Assembly (NCBI GenBank): GCA_051362555.1
Contig: JBPQGU010000016.1
Coordinates: 4,030,001 to 4,094,000 of the forward strand
Origin: Lingula anatina
Taxonomy: Eukaryota; Animalia; Brachiopoda
Length of the DNA: 64,000 bases
Reading direction: 5' to 3'
Within the stretch, counting starts at the first letter, position 1, and every line of letters starts with the position of its first letter. Under the pieces are notes generated by a model. That model worked only from the letters and a program-made list of their open reading frames with translations. It made no database searches and had not been told where the DNA came from. The translations under genes were made by a program, and so were the position numbers. Positions 25,000-37,545 of this stretch are shown piece after piece.

Positions 25000-25499
25000 C
25001 AACTACCAATGGACCTCGGTGGACACAGGTTAATTACATATCTGGCATTTGTGTCATAGGTTGTGCATTTAAGCTTTAAACTTAAGTTTTATAAATATTA
25101 AAGTACCTACCCTTTAACGCGAAGTAAGAATCACGGTCAGCCACCTTTGTTTATGAGACAGTAATCAGTGTTACGCCGACGACCATCACCTGATCTATTG
25201 AATTAAACGAGTGGAGTAGTAACGAACCCTTGGAACGAATTTGAGAAATAAGCAAACCTGACTTTATCGAGTGTAGGGGAGTTCGATTTTCTAAAAAAAA
25301 AAAAAAATGTACATTATATTTATAAAAATTCAGTCGGGGTCAAAACTCCCCCCCCCCCCCGCCCCTCCTAAATCCACCACTGGCACAAATCTTTTGTCCT
25401 GTACCATCTAAACTGCGTCACGTACAGCTCGATGTAGCGAGTCAATATAAATATAATTTCAATCGGTTGACGAGAGGAATTAAAGTGAAATTAATTTCT

Positions 25500-28390
25500 C
25501 TCTGGTTATGACACGCCAGAAGAGGGCGGGATTGGTGTAGGGGAGTTTTCGTGTCATTTAGGCGATTGACACGGTACTGTTAACACGCTTATGATTACGA
25601 CTCCGTAGACGACATGGTTGATGAGTCCAGTGGAAGCGAACACTTTACCTTGGCTGATGTAATGAAAAAAATGGAAAGTAAAAAGAAAGAGACGAAAGAC
25701 TATTTCGACCATAGACTGTCTACTTTTAATGCCGAAGCCGGTAAAACCTGAAAGTCGACAATATTTATCTTGGAAAATAGAAGGTAATCACCAGCAATTT
25801 GACTCAACAGTATTTGAAAATAAGATTATTGTGGTGAACAAACTGACAGTGCCTTACAGTCTTGGCAAGAGAAACAAACTTATCAGAATTGCTGACACTT
25901 TCGACACTGTTAAGGAACATACTGTTAATCCTCTTGCTTGTGATTCTGAGAGCGAGAGAGCTACAAAGAAAATAAAAGAAAACAAAAAGGGAGCCAAAAA
26001 AATAAGGTTATATCAGCAGACCGACCGATAGGTGTGGTGGGCGATACTTCTCAGCGGAGAAGTCTTTATCGCAGCAGCGGGTCGTGACTTTGCTTAGCTT
26101 GTTGAGGAAAGGGCCATTTCATGCTTGAGTGACCAACTTACAGAGGGGAAAGTTATTCTACCAGAGTCCAACCCCAGAGATAAAGGAACATCTGGAATGG
26201 GATAGAAGGCGGAAGCATTGAAAAATAGATAAGTACCCGGTACATGTATGAGTGCGTTAGTTTCAATCAAGAGTTGCATAATTATGAACATGAGCAAAAT
26301 CAGAAATTCATACCCGTGAAAAGTAGGTTAAGAACCAATTTAAGTTTTTGGGAAGAAGTAGGGTATTCATTTTTTATTCTAGACTTGATAAAAATGGTTA
26401 TAAATTTCCGTTTATAGCAACACCCTGTGGGATGAGGAAAGATAACAGCTTTCACCATTGAAAAATAAGTTTTTTGTTAAAAAGCTATTCTTGAATTGAA
26501 AAAGATGCGTTTGATTAAAAGGTGTAGCAAACAACCAATTGTTGATAACCCTTAAACAGAAGCAGTGCATAGCAGTGAAAAATATAGATTGATTTTAGAT
26601 GTACGAGAAGTAAACAAACATGTCTGTAAGCAGTCTGGTAGTTACGGACATTTGAGAACGGCTCTTATGTTTATGAAACTGTGTGGTTGGTTGATTAAAT
26701 TTGATTCAGCTAATCAACATCTAGATATCTATTATCCTCATACGGATTATTGAGGTTTTTCATGGAAAATTCAAGATCAGCAGATTTATTTTTGATTCTT
26801 AGTTCTTCCATTTGGGTTATCATTAGCACTTAATATTTTTTTCAAAATTGACTTGGCAATTAATCAAAGAATGGTTCGATGTAATTGGATGACGGTCTGT
26901 GGTACTGTGGTAACATAGATAGATTGGAGCATCAGGGTGCTGAGATCAAAGATGATATTGCTAAGTCAGGTTTTATGTAAATATATGAGAATACTATTTG
27001 GTCGTAGGTACAGAGTCTGGCATTTATAGGCATCGAAATAGATATTAGTATTGGGGAAATCAAAGTTCTTGATATTAGATTAGCAAGTGCTAAGAGATCT
27101 GACATTATATTCGCACGAAAGTGAGCAGAGGTCTGGCTATGTCGGTCGGATTATACTATGTCTCATGTGTTGGGAAGTGTAACGCAACTAATGACAAATT
27201 ATATTAGCATGGTTATTTCAAGTGCTTTTTCTTAGAATCAGAAAATGTGTGTGAAAGCATGCAGTCAAATTAGACCTTGGTGTAGTAAATCAGAATTTTA
27301 CAGTTTTCACCTCAGTGCAATAAGGTAGTTTATTCTGATGCTAGTAGTACTGGGTTTGGAGGATATTGTGTGGAGACACCTAAAAGGGTGTGTTGCGGGG
27401 AATGGTCAGCTGACGAAGCGACGGAGAGCTCTACTTACAGAGATCTGATAGCTGTTTTCAGGGTCCTGTTCTCCATGGCAAACACGTTGAGTGTTTTGAG
27501 ATTGAAGTGGTTTTCTGATAGCAAAGATGTTGTAAACATTAAAGAAAAAAGTAGCATGAGGAGTAAATTACAACCTATTATTTTTGATGTTTTTCTTCTA
27601 ATGGAGTTATTCAATAGAAATGAAAGGATACTGAGAGAAGAGAATACCCATGCAGATTATATAAGTAGACGTGTGGATGTTGACAAATGGGGTATTTCTA
27701 AAGAATTATTCTCACATTTTGATAAGATATGGGGTCCTCATGAAGTGGATTGGTTAACGTCCTGCTACAATGCTAAAGTACATATTTTACTCTAGATTTT
27801 AGAATCCAGGAACAGTGAATGGGACACGCGTCATTTACGGATCTATCCTGGTCCTCAGATCAAATTCAGTCTCTTATTTCTACCAATGAGTTACAACAGA
27901 CTCCTTGTTTCTATATTGTTTCCGACAGACTGTTCTGGTCCTTCACCTGTAAATATCCATCATGACGTAATCAAATGTGGCACCGAAACGTGCCCTTGGC
28001 TGACTCTGTTATGGTCTCAAAATTTTTGAAGCTTTAAGCTTTTAGATGCTACCTAGTTTCTTATTGAAAAGTCGAGATATAGAGGTGGCAATTGGCTTTT
28101 GATAAATCGGGTTAAATCGTATTTATGCCCAGTAAAAGTTCTTGAAAATATTTAGATTTCATTGGTAGGCCTCGATCCTAGCTACAGCTTTTCAAATTTA
28201 CATGGCCTATTTTAAATATAATATCGTTGAATTACAATGACAGTTATGTATGAAAATTGTATAACGACGAGGGGGAGTATCGGTGCGCGTACAACAGTAA
28301 TTTATGAATACATTTTACAGTATTATGGAATATACATGAATATTAGCGCCCGTGGTCTTATTGATCAATTAATGTGTGAATGAATAAGTC
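25500..28390 (+). pseudogene. Decayed DIRS/Ngaro-type tyrosine-recombinase retrotransposon (gag-RT-RNaseH-MT-YR remnants)
   Basis: Gag-like KRNKLIRIAD (25729-26031). RT motifs KYRLILDVREVNKHV, LIKFD, FLVLPFGLS and LDDG (~26580-26900). RNase H motifs YSDASSTGFGG, SSTYRDL, KWFSDS and REENTHADYISR. MT-like WGPHEVDW...YNAK...SRF*NPGT (27330-27815). YR fragment FLIEKS...RGGNWLLINR...LCPVKVLE (~28050-28150). Many stops and frameshifts; boundaries approximate. Confidence 0.88.
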
Positions 28391-28406
28391 AAATCCACAT
28401 GTATAT

Positions 28407-28680
28407 CTGGGGCGGATCCAGGATTTTTTGGAAGGGTGGTGGTGTTTTTTTTACGGATTGACAAGGCCTCGGAGTGCAAGGCCGACCCTCACCCCTTTGG
28501 AGTTATGTTTGGGGCACGCTCGAGGGCCACGAAAAAGGGTGTTTTAGAGGGAAAATATCTCCATTTGATACGGTTTATAACTATTATTCAGCTATAGATT
28601 TTGGGTGTAATTTTTTTATCAGAAATCGAAGGGAGGAGGGGGTCTGGATCCCCCCTGACACCCCCTCTTTATCCGCCATG
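28407..28680 (+). mobile_element. MITE of the CAGGGGCGGATCC family, ~274 bp
   Basis: ctggggcggatccaggattt...atccgccatg, with flanks tatat / tacat (5-bp TSD, one mismatch). Confidence 0.75.
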
Positions 28681-30340
28681 TACATGTATTAGACCGTGAA
28701 CATTCGTGAACAGTTTCAACCACAGTCCCTCGCCTGAAATGAGCCATGCCTGTCTGTAATTTGCATAACAATTACTTGCTCATCGTAGTGAGAGCTGTAT
28801 TTCCGAATGCTCAGTAGGCAGTAGGACACAGCTAGGTGAAGACGCAATGTTCAACGTGCGGGTGCAGTCGCAACGCAGTCGTATGAGGCGTAGAAGCAAA
28901 TGCATGTTTCGTAAGTAGCACTTTTTCTTCAGTATCGTATGTCAGTTGATAGAAAGAGAGTAGAAAAATGCAAAGAAATTTGCGACGAGTATTTACGGGT
29001 ATGTTACTACTCTTTGTTGTCGTTGTCGCCTGTCGTTTCTGTTATGCCACTCAAAATATTATTTAGCAAATTAGTAAATGGGCATATTACCACAAAGATC
29101 ACGGACATATTTACATGATGGTACCGTACTTGTCACAGTTCCGAGCTTTTGATCCTAAGACAATGAAGGATAGTCAGTTTTAGTAGGTTTGTTAATTTCA
29201 TTATACATGTACCTGTAAAATGCTTGTAAGCAGTGTTGAAACACGGGGAAATGATTTATTCTAAAGCGAAATATGGTTCCCAAACGCGTGATGCAAAGCG
29301 ATTTTAGATATTACAACTTTATATAGTAGGTAAAATAAATAAATAGTGATAACCTACACAAACTAGAGGAGTGTTTTCAATATTTTTTTTTTTCAAAGCA
29401 AGATATCTGAAATATCTTTATTACTAACTTCAGGTCTTAAATGTGGCGTTAGGCAACATAGAATCGATTGCTTTTTTGGGGTGCTATCTGAGCCTGAACT
29501 ATGGACAAGTCAGATATTGTTAACATTACCTTCTTATTTCAGAAGTCCACTGAGATACTGAGAACTGCACGGCACCTGGCTGCTAGCAACCAAGCCTGTC
29601 ATTCACCCTCTGGAACCCTACGCACATCCATGCATCTTTTGTTTTAAAATTGAATAAATACGTTTGTCATTCCTTGTGTTCTTATTCACTTCCATATGAA
29701 ATGATGATAAAATATTAATAATAATAATAATAATAATAGAGGGTTAGGGGTAAAATTGTAAAGATATTATTGTTTGAGCACTTTCAAATTAAATCTGCTA
29801 AAACTGATCTGTAAGCATTGTGTTTGGGATTGATGATTTCTCCAGTAACAGAGGATGTCGTAAATCGAAAGGATTAAAAGTTTTGTTAATATGCCCAGTA
29901 TTTTGTAAATAATTGAGAGCATTTTAAGAATACATCTACAGGATTTCCAACAGCCCACATTTATAAATACAATTTGTATGAATTTACGATATTGCTTTTT
30001 TAAAAATCTGTCCTACATTTTTTATAGTGAGACGGGTTTTTTAATATCTATTTATAAATTAGTTCATCCTCCCAGATAAAATTTTCTTAATTTAATATAA
30101 GTCCATATTCTAAGGGTTTTGGTTTGCTAGAGAAAATTGTTTCAAATTTCACGACCTTCTCATCAAACGAACGCTTCAATTTTAAATTAAAACGGAAATA
30201 TAAGAGATCTTGACACACTTTTGAAATGGGAACAATGAAATTTGCTCCTCCACCCAAAACTTAGAACTGCATATTCTGATATGTTTGAAAATGTCTCATT
30301 TAAATCATAATTAAAATAAATTGATCCTTTTATATAAAGA

Positions 30341-30900
30341 AATGGACTCGCCCCACCTGTCACCCCTCAAATCGAATGGACTTGTCCCACCTGTCACCCC
30401 TCAGATGAAATGGACTCGCCCCACCTGTCACCCCTCAAATCGAATGGACTCGCCCCACCTGTCACCCCTCAAATCGAATGGACTCGCCCCACCTGTCACC
30501 CCTCAAATCGAATGGACTCGCCCCACCTGTCACCCCTCAAATCGAATGGACTCGCCCCACCTGTCACCCCTCAAATCGAATGGACTCGTCCCACCTGTCA
30601 CCCCTCAGATGGAATGGACTCGCCCCACCTGTCACCCCTCAGATGGAATGGACTCGCCCCACCTGTCACCCCTCAGATGAAATGGACTCGCCCCACCTGT
30701 CACCCCTAAGATGAAATGGACTCGCCCCACCTGTCACCCCTAAGATGAAATGGACTCGCCCCACCTGTCACCCCTCAGATGAAATGGACTCGCCCCACCT
30801 GTCACCCCTCAGATGAAATGGACTCGCCCCACCTGTCACCCCTAAGATGAAATGGACTCGCCCCACCTGTCACCCCTCAAATGGAATGGACTCGTCCCAC
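30341..30900. repeat. 34-bp minisatellite, about 16.5 copies
   Basis: Unit aatggactcgccccacctgtcacccctcaaatcg, with variants ending agatga or agatgg. The 34-aa periodicity of the ORFs equals 3 units. Confidence 0.95.
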
Positions 30901-31239
30901 TTGAAAACTTTCAATGCAGGTCAGTGGTGGGTGGAAGGGTATCACGTGATTTTCGGGAGCCAATGAAATAAGCAGGAATTTTACACTCCGTTATAGGTAA
31001 ACAAAATGGCACGTTCGACGCACCAGGAGGATTGTTTATTTAGGAGGCATGCACATAAATTTGGTGGGTATTTTAAAAGCATTTTACTATTTACAACGAT
31101 CAGTACCATCTCAACTTAACTCATGTGAAGTGATTTTCAAGTGTTTGGTCTGTTTATGTTTTTATGACAATTTAAATTAGGCATAGCTTCATATGTAGTT
31201 TGACAATTGTAAACTGAAGTTTTCACACCACAAGCCTTC

Positions 31240-31770
31240 TTTCAAATGAAATATCTCGAAAAGCACTGGGACGATTTTTTTCCAACTTTTCAGTAATGTT
31301 GCTCATTTATTTGTTGACAAAAAGTGCCGATGGCACCCGATGGCACCCCTGGATCTTTGGAGTTATAGACGGTATAATCCTTCATACCCAATTACGACCA
31401 TTTTTGTAGGAATGCGTCTTTATAATGTTAAACTCCCTCATTAAAAAGCATATATCTGAAAAAGTAAACGGTAGATTTTTTCCAAATCTTAATCTGACGT
31501 TTTTCGTGTACCTTTTTACATAATATGTAGCCTGCAACTGACAGCACCCCTGGGTCTTGGGATATATAGACAATGCAGTGCCATGGCAAATTACGGCCAT
31601 TTTTGTTTGAGTGAATTTTGGATCACGCAGACCCCGTCTTTCAAATCAAATATCTGAAAAAGCAATCGGACAATTATTTTCAAAATTGTCAGAAATGTTG
31701 CTTAGATATTGGTTAGCAAAAAGAGCCTATGGCACCCAATGGCACCCCAGGATCTTGAGAATTATAGGCT
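31240..31770 (+). repeat. Three degenerate ~195-bp internal repeats inside the 2.9-kb element
   Basis: The pattern ttcaaa..aatatct.gaaaag ... (g)gcacccc.gg.tctt.g...tatag recurs at ~31241, ~31441 and ~31640. Confidence 0.65.
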
Positions 31771-33234
31771 GTATATAGTGCATGCCAAAGTACTGTTTTG
31801 GTTATCCCACGGCCAGCATTTATAACAACAGCATAATTGCACTTGTATATCACTTACATGCTTGTCTGTATTTTAAAGCATAATGTGCAATCTGATCACT
31901 ATACAAGCACATTCCTACAACTGTTGAAGGGCTAGTCATGGTATTAGTCAGTTACAACTACTTGTCATTCACTGTGTATGATGTACAAGAGCCTATTATA
32001 TCTCAACTGTAGCTCCATATAATAGCACTCTTTTATGCCACATACAGTAATTGGCTCAAGTACATATCAAATAAACATTTTTTTTTAAATACTGATGATA
32101 GTCTCATATCTTTTTCAGCATGGACTACAATTTTTATTTTTGAAATGCTGTGCACTATAAAGGTGAGAAGTAATTCATCGGAATGCCATAGTTGTAAACT
32201 TGTGACTTATGTTTCCATTGCTCATCTATTTCGTTAACATTGACAAAAACATGTTCTGTGTTTGTTTTGCCTAAACTTTCATTTTAATCTTACTATCATA
32301 AAAATTGAAATCATATTTAAGTATAATGGTAACAGGTTACCTAAAAAGTTGAAGCCTTATCCAGTTAAATAATAATAATATCAAATATAAAACATTTACT
32401 GCTTTTTAATTTCAGGGAATGGAAACAGCTTTTAACCTCATAATAGGATACCGCCTATGGATTGTAGCTGAAATTAGAGACTTGAGATAACAGGAATGAT
32501 GTTTGTTATTTCCAAAATCTGTGCCTTCATGGAGTGTGACATTGTAATAAACATGATTGCTTTTTAATTACTCAGTCATCAAATGTTAAATTAGTAGTTT
32601 GTCACAATATCAAATATTGTATTATCTGCATAGAGAATTCCCCTCATCTTTTGTAAGTTAAGTTTTGATTAATTAAGTAAAGTGAGTAGTAAGTCTCATG
32701 AACTTGGAGAAAATTAAATACTGCAGATCTTGAAAAAACTTCGTTTATTGTGATTTCTGTCAGGTATGAGGATTTGTAAATGTTGATAATACATTACATT
32801 TTCTGTCTCTTATTATATGCATTTACCATGATTTCTCACTCTGAGTAATGTTCGCATCTGGCAAACTAACTTGAAATTCAAGGCATATTTTATAGTTTTA
32901 AAAAAGTGATATTAAAATCTGACCAATACGAATTTAAAGTAATCTGAATTCTATCAGGATTTCAGTCTTGCCTGTGCTATGTATGTATTTGTAGGTTGTC
33001 ACCCTTTTAAATCATTTAAAAAGTATTATTATATTATTTCAATATTTTGTGAATATTTAAATGAGTTATAAAATTTATAAGAAAAATGTAAGAAATAAAA
33101 TATACTGTTAATTATGTTTTTATGAAATATGTGAAATAAAAAGTTTATAATCATATCAAAGTTCTTCCATTTGTTTATGATAATTTTGTCATTTTACATT
33201 TTCTTTGCCTTAAACTTTGGTCAAGCTTACTTTC

Positions 33235-33235
<1 letters not shown>

Positions 33236-33265
<30 letters not shown>
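33236..33265. repeat. Poly(A) tract, 30 nt
   Basis: Direct reading of the sequence. Confidence 0.9.
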
Positions 33266-33267
<2 letters not shown>

Positions 33268-34099
33268 TTGTCACATGCCCTTTCTTATAGTTATCTGAAT
33301 TATCAACTTGTCATAATTTACTATTTTAATTTCTAGAGTTAATTATTATTCTTATTCAAACAAGAAATTATCAATTATACACAGAAAAATTAAAGTCAAT
33401 AACAAATCAACACTGCCAGCAAATTTTACTCTGCCCAAGCTACAGTCACTATATATAGGATAGTAGGCCTACACACTGACAGAGATGTGATACCTATGCC
33501 ACGGTGACATTTTACAACTCTACTCGTCGGTTTGTTGATCATAAATTGCACATTTTTTCAAGTGTTTCATTATTAGTTTGTAGCATCCATATTTATATTT
33601 ATATACATTTATACATAATGAAACAAAGTCGGCGTAACGTTACGCAAATGCCCCAATAAACAATGCATCGCACACAGTTGCGCCAACGCTTTACTGGACG
33701 AAGACGCAGGAAGACGTCGCCGGGAGCTCACTTTCGATGTTCACTCTTCGACGGCAAAACGTCAAATGACTGACGTGCGTGCGCATCTTTTGACGTATCA
33801 CGTGATACCCTTCCAACCACCACTGAATGCAGGTCGTCTTCTTACAGGGTCTAGCTATCCAGTGACCAACCAGGAGCATAGCTTGCACTGCGATGCGCGA
33901 CTTTTTCTTATGCAAATTACAACTGGTACAGTGCATGGCACATTTGAGGAGTTGCTGTGGAAATTGGTCTCAAAGAACGGCGAAATTATGGAAATTATTT
34001 TACTATTGTGACAAGGCTATTACCCGCGTAGACCTATTTGTCACCATACATAATATTTTTCTAGGACAACTAGTTTATATTAAATCAAAAACTAAAAAT

Positions 34100-36505
34100 A
34101 GCAATGAAGATAGGTATAACAAGTAAATGATGATGCTCATACATTCGGGGAGTAGCTTTGCGTAGGATGAAAAATATTGTATTGTACGCCCCCCTGGCTG
34201 TCGATTGTAAGTAATAGACATAAACTGGCCCGCTCGAAGATTCTGCGGGTCCGTGGTCAAAGTTAAATAAAAATAACCATGATTAAGGGAAGTTATTGAA
34301 GCTATCAATTTAAGATTTTAGAGATACTAATAAATTTACCTTTTTTAACACTGGTCGTATTCACAAAAGATCGTAAACATTACAGAGAGAAGGAAAAGTA
34401 CCCAAGAGAAGGGAGGTGGGGGGGTGTGTGTGTGAAGGAGCGCAATGTGAAACAAATTAATATTATGTTCTTATTTATCTATTCAATTTCATAAATAATT
34501 TGTAAACTCTTCACTCTTGATTCAAATAAATAAAAAGCAACAATTAAAACTTGTAGTACTTGCCACAGAAGCCAAACTGAAGTAAAACATTTGAAATAGC
34601 ATAAAAAGAGGAAGACAAGTAAAAAAAATTAAATTCTCAAATTTTTAGAAACTAATAATCTTTCTTCGACAGTATCCTTAACATAACCGTCTTTTGTGTT
34701 TTCAGATCGCCATCTACCGTGTTTCTTAAACAGTCTGTCTTTAGTCCCTGCATTAGAATCCAGCATATGAAATCAAACAAACGGAAAGTACTCGGAGATC
34801 CTTCAAAGTGACTTCAGAACTCATAAAATTAGTAACCAATTTAGAAATGTGCTTAGCAGTTACAGGTTCCTTTTTTGTTACTCTATGATCTTTCCGTCTC
34901 TGAGATGCTTCCTTCACTGCAATAACGAATTTTGACTCGCAATTTCGGATTTTTCTTACAGTTGGCTGTACCATGAAACCATTTTAAAGTGTAAAAAGAT
35001 GTCTAAACCGCAGCAGAATAATTACAAGTTTGTGACAAATTTTGAAGATAAAAAGCAACAATCGAGTCTTTCGCTGTAAAGAAAGAGGTCACACCGATCG
35101 TATTACACCGTTCAAGCCATTTTTGGAAGCCGTAAGAATATTTTCTCACTGTGTTGTCTGCTCTTGACTTCAAAATGACATCTGGTAATGAATCTGCTAA
35201 AGCCTTCAAACTTTTATTGCTTGTAACCTTCACGTCTTGGAGGATAGCATTATCAAGAAAACATGAAAAAGGAAAAAAAGAAAATTTTTGAAAACAAAAC
35301 TCTAGCAATCGTTCCCATAATCTCTGTTCATTCTGGACAATAATCATGTCCATGTTAACTGTCATTGATCAATGATTGTGATCCTAATGGCCATTTCTTC
35401 CATTCCTTCCTTCAATGTTGCAGAACTCCATTACAGCATGTTGTATCGATAACCCATTGGTAACTAGAGCGCAGACCTCCGCCAAGGCAGCGATTTTTTA
35501 TTATTATTGATTTTTGATTGATTATTGATCCGGATCACCACCAAAAAATAATCATCTCTTCCTTGGCCCACTTCGTGCAGTTCCTGAAAAATTCATCAAA
35601 ATCGGTCTAAGAAATACATAAACAAAGCCATCTCCATTATATCAATGATCCAGTGATCGTCTGTTTATCTCTCCTTCGAAGAAAGTGAGTTTTAAATTCT
35701 ATAAACAGATGACCAATTATTCATCTACTTTAAATCCCTTTAAATATGAAAAACTTATTCGTATTTAAAACAAATGGTCCCAAACCGGGTTTTCTGGCAT
35801 CTGAATAGACCGTTTTTAACTTACTAGGCAAGCTTTGTACACGTAGACTTTTCTCATTTAAAAAAAAAAAAAGAAAACTAAATTGTCTTTCCAAAAATTA
35901 ATTCTTTAATGCAAGACATTCGTCTTTAATATTAATATTAAAATCCCAATGCTTCCTCTAGTTATTTATCTAGATACATTTCCAATCAATGGAGACATAA
36001 TAATAAAACAGAAATAATTTTACCTGTAACCCTGGCCAATTTTATAGCTGTTATATACGGTAAATCTGAAACCAATTCGTCTAAAAGACACAGAGCATTA
36101 CTAGTACATGTAGAAAGCCTTCTTTCGGGAATAAACAATCCCCTTACTTCCATGTCCCAAATAATCCCCAACCATTCCAATTTGTTGACTGGTTCTAATT
36201 TACTTTTTTCAGCGTTTAAAACAAAATCTGCTTTAAACAGATCCATTTTAATTTTTTAGAATGTAGTTTTAAATGTAATATATTTTTCTAGGGAATTTTC
36301 AGACACAATACCGTCATCTAAATAAACAACAATGGGGATTCCATTTTTCTCCAATACCCAACTAAACGTCTAAGTATTTTAGTAAAAATAAACGGTGCTG
36401 AAGAAAGGCCAAACGAAAGTACCAAAAAAAAAAAAAAAAAAAAAAGAATTCTTTCCGTTGATTTAAAAAAGTTTGAGATGCCGGAGCAATATCTAAATGG
36501 TGAAT
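34100..36505 (-). pseudogene. Second decayed DIRS/Ngaro-type YR retrotransposon (RT-RNaseH-YR remnants, internally deleted)
   Basis: Minus strand. RT motifs LVLSFGLSSAPFIFTKILRRLVGYWR and EKSKLEPVNKLEWLGIIWD (35986-36500). RNase H motif VYSDA (~35800). YR N-terminal ADSLPDVILKSRADNTVRKYSYGFQKW and LRVLSVCLISYAGF. YR C-terminal DRLFKKHGRWRSENTKDGYVKD...VSKNL (34630-34750). The putative 3' terminal region down to ~34100 is a guess. Confidence 0.88.
35461..35620 (+). mobile_element. Short insertion resembling a Helentron-associated (HINE/pearl-like) element fragment
   Basis: aactagagcgcagacctccgccaagg...gatccggatcaccaccaaaa...aaaattcatcaaaatcggtc interrupts the DIRS remnant. The family was recognised from memory of such termini, not from a search. 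Confidence 0.5.
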
Positions 36506-36549
36506 AAATAAATAAACACAACACTTAACTGCAGAATTATCTCAACAAA

Positions 36550-37245
36550 TATTATCTGTGGTCTTGCTCACATTCCCAAAAGTGAGAGTGTAATATGCCT
36601 TTGGTCCATGCAACCAGATCTCTTGTCCTCCTTGTCTGTTCAGCCTAAAATATAAAATTGCAAGACAGCTATTTAATTCTTAATGCATAACTCTATTAAA
36701 AAGGAAAATGTCCATGATGGAAAAAAACTCATTTATTTTTTCTACCTGAAGATATGGAAAATGGTGCAATAGTTTGTGTTGTTCTCATGCATATCTACTC
36801 ACAGTGATTTTTGCCCCATGCCAAATGTCCCACGAATGTTTTATCCCGATTCATTTTTTTTTTCTGAAATAAGAAAAATTTAGCTAAATATATAGAGAGA
36901 TATAAAAAAAATAGCAAGAATTGCAACTAAATAATCACATACATGTAGATACATTTCACATACTAAATTTGCTTTCTAATTATTATAGTAAGACCTAAAC
37001 AGCACTTTGTACTTAAGTGTGCAACAAGGGCATCTTTGACCACTTCTGTTGCACTGATTCCTTTTTTTTTTTTTTCAGGAAATCCATAGCCCTGACAAAC
37101 CCTTCCTTCTCCATTACAGAGCTACTCAGCTTGGTTTCTTTCTTCCTTACAACTTCTGCTTCCAACACATCCCCTGTTTCATAGTCAACAATAATGCTCG
37201 CGCAATATTGTGCACTATGTTCTGGGCTGTCCATTCTGCCATCAA
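36550..37245 (-). pseudogene. Intron-containing Kolobok-type DDE transposase fragment (3 exon remnants)
   Basis: Exon at ~37245-37020: DGRMDSPEHSAQYC...VVRKKET...SSVMEKEGFVRAM...EVVKDA. Exon at ~36850-36803: IKHSWDIWHGAKN followed by the donor gtgagt. Exon at ~36645-36555, after the acceptor ttttag: AEQTRRTRDLVAWTKGI...HFWEC. Frameshifted at poly-A runs. Confidence 0.72.
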
Positions 37246-37459
37246 CTATGAATAAATGGGATATATCGAAACACGGACATCATAAATATGTGGTGCGACA
37301 ATTCCTAAAACAACACTTGGTGGGATTTAGGACACATTCCTATAGACACCACAGGTCTACATTGATCGACCAGACTTGGCATGGATTTTCACTGCTATCA
37401 GCTGAATAGGTAACCCCCCCCCCCCCTCTAAGAAATAAAATTGTTCATGTTCCTTTTGT

Positions 37460-37461
<2 letters not shown>

Positions 37462-37530
<69 letters not shown>
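37462..37530. repeat. (AT)n microsatellite, about 34 units
   Basis: Direct reading of the sequence. Confidence 0.97.
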
Positions 37531-37534
<4 letters not shown>

Positions 37535-37545
37535 CCAAAGGAATA

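Larger units (their letters stand above)
30922..33825. mobile_element. 2.9-kb non-autonomous TIR DNA transposon
   Basis: 29-bp TIRs cagtggtgggtggaagggtatcacgtgat / atcacgtgatacccttccaaccaccactg (1 mismatch). Perfect flanking direct repeat aatgcaggt (30913-30921 and 33826-33834). No transposase ORF inside. Confidence 0.9.

Noticed and set aside
30321-30714. Three overlapping Pro-rich repeat ORFs
   Set aside because: They come from a 34-bp minisatellite (not a multiple of 3) read in all frames; later units introduce stops.
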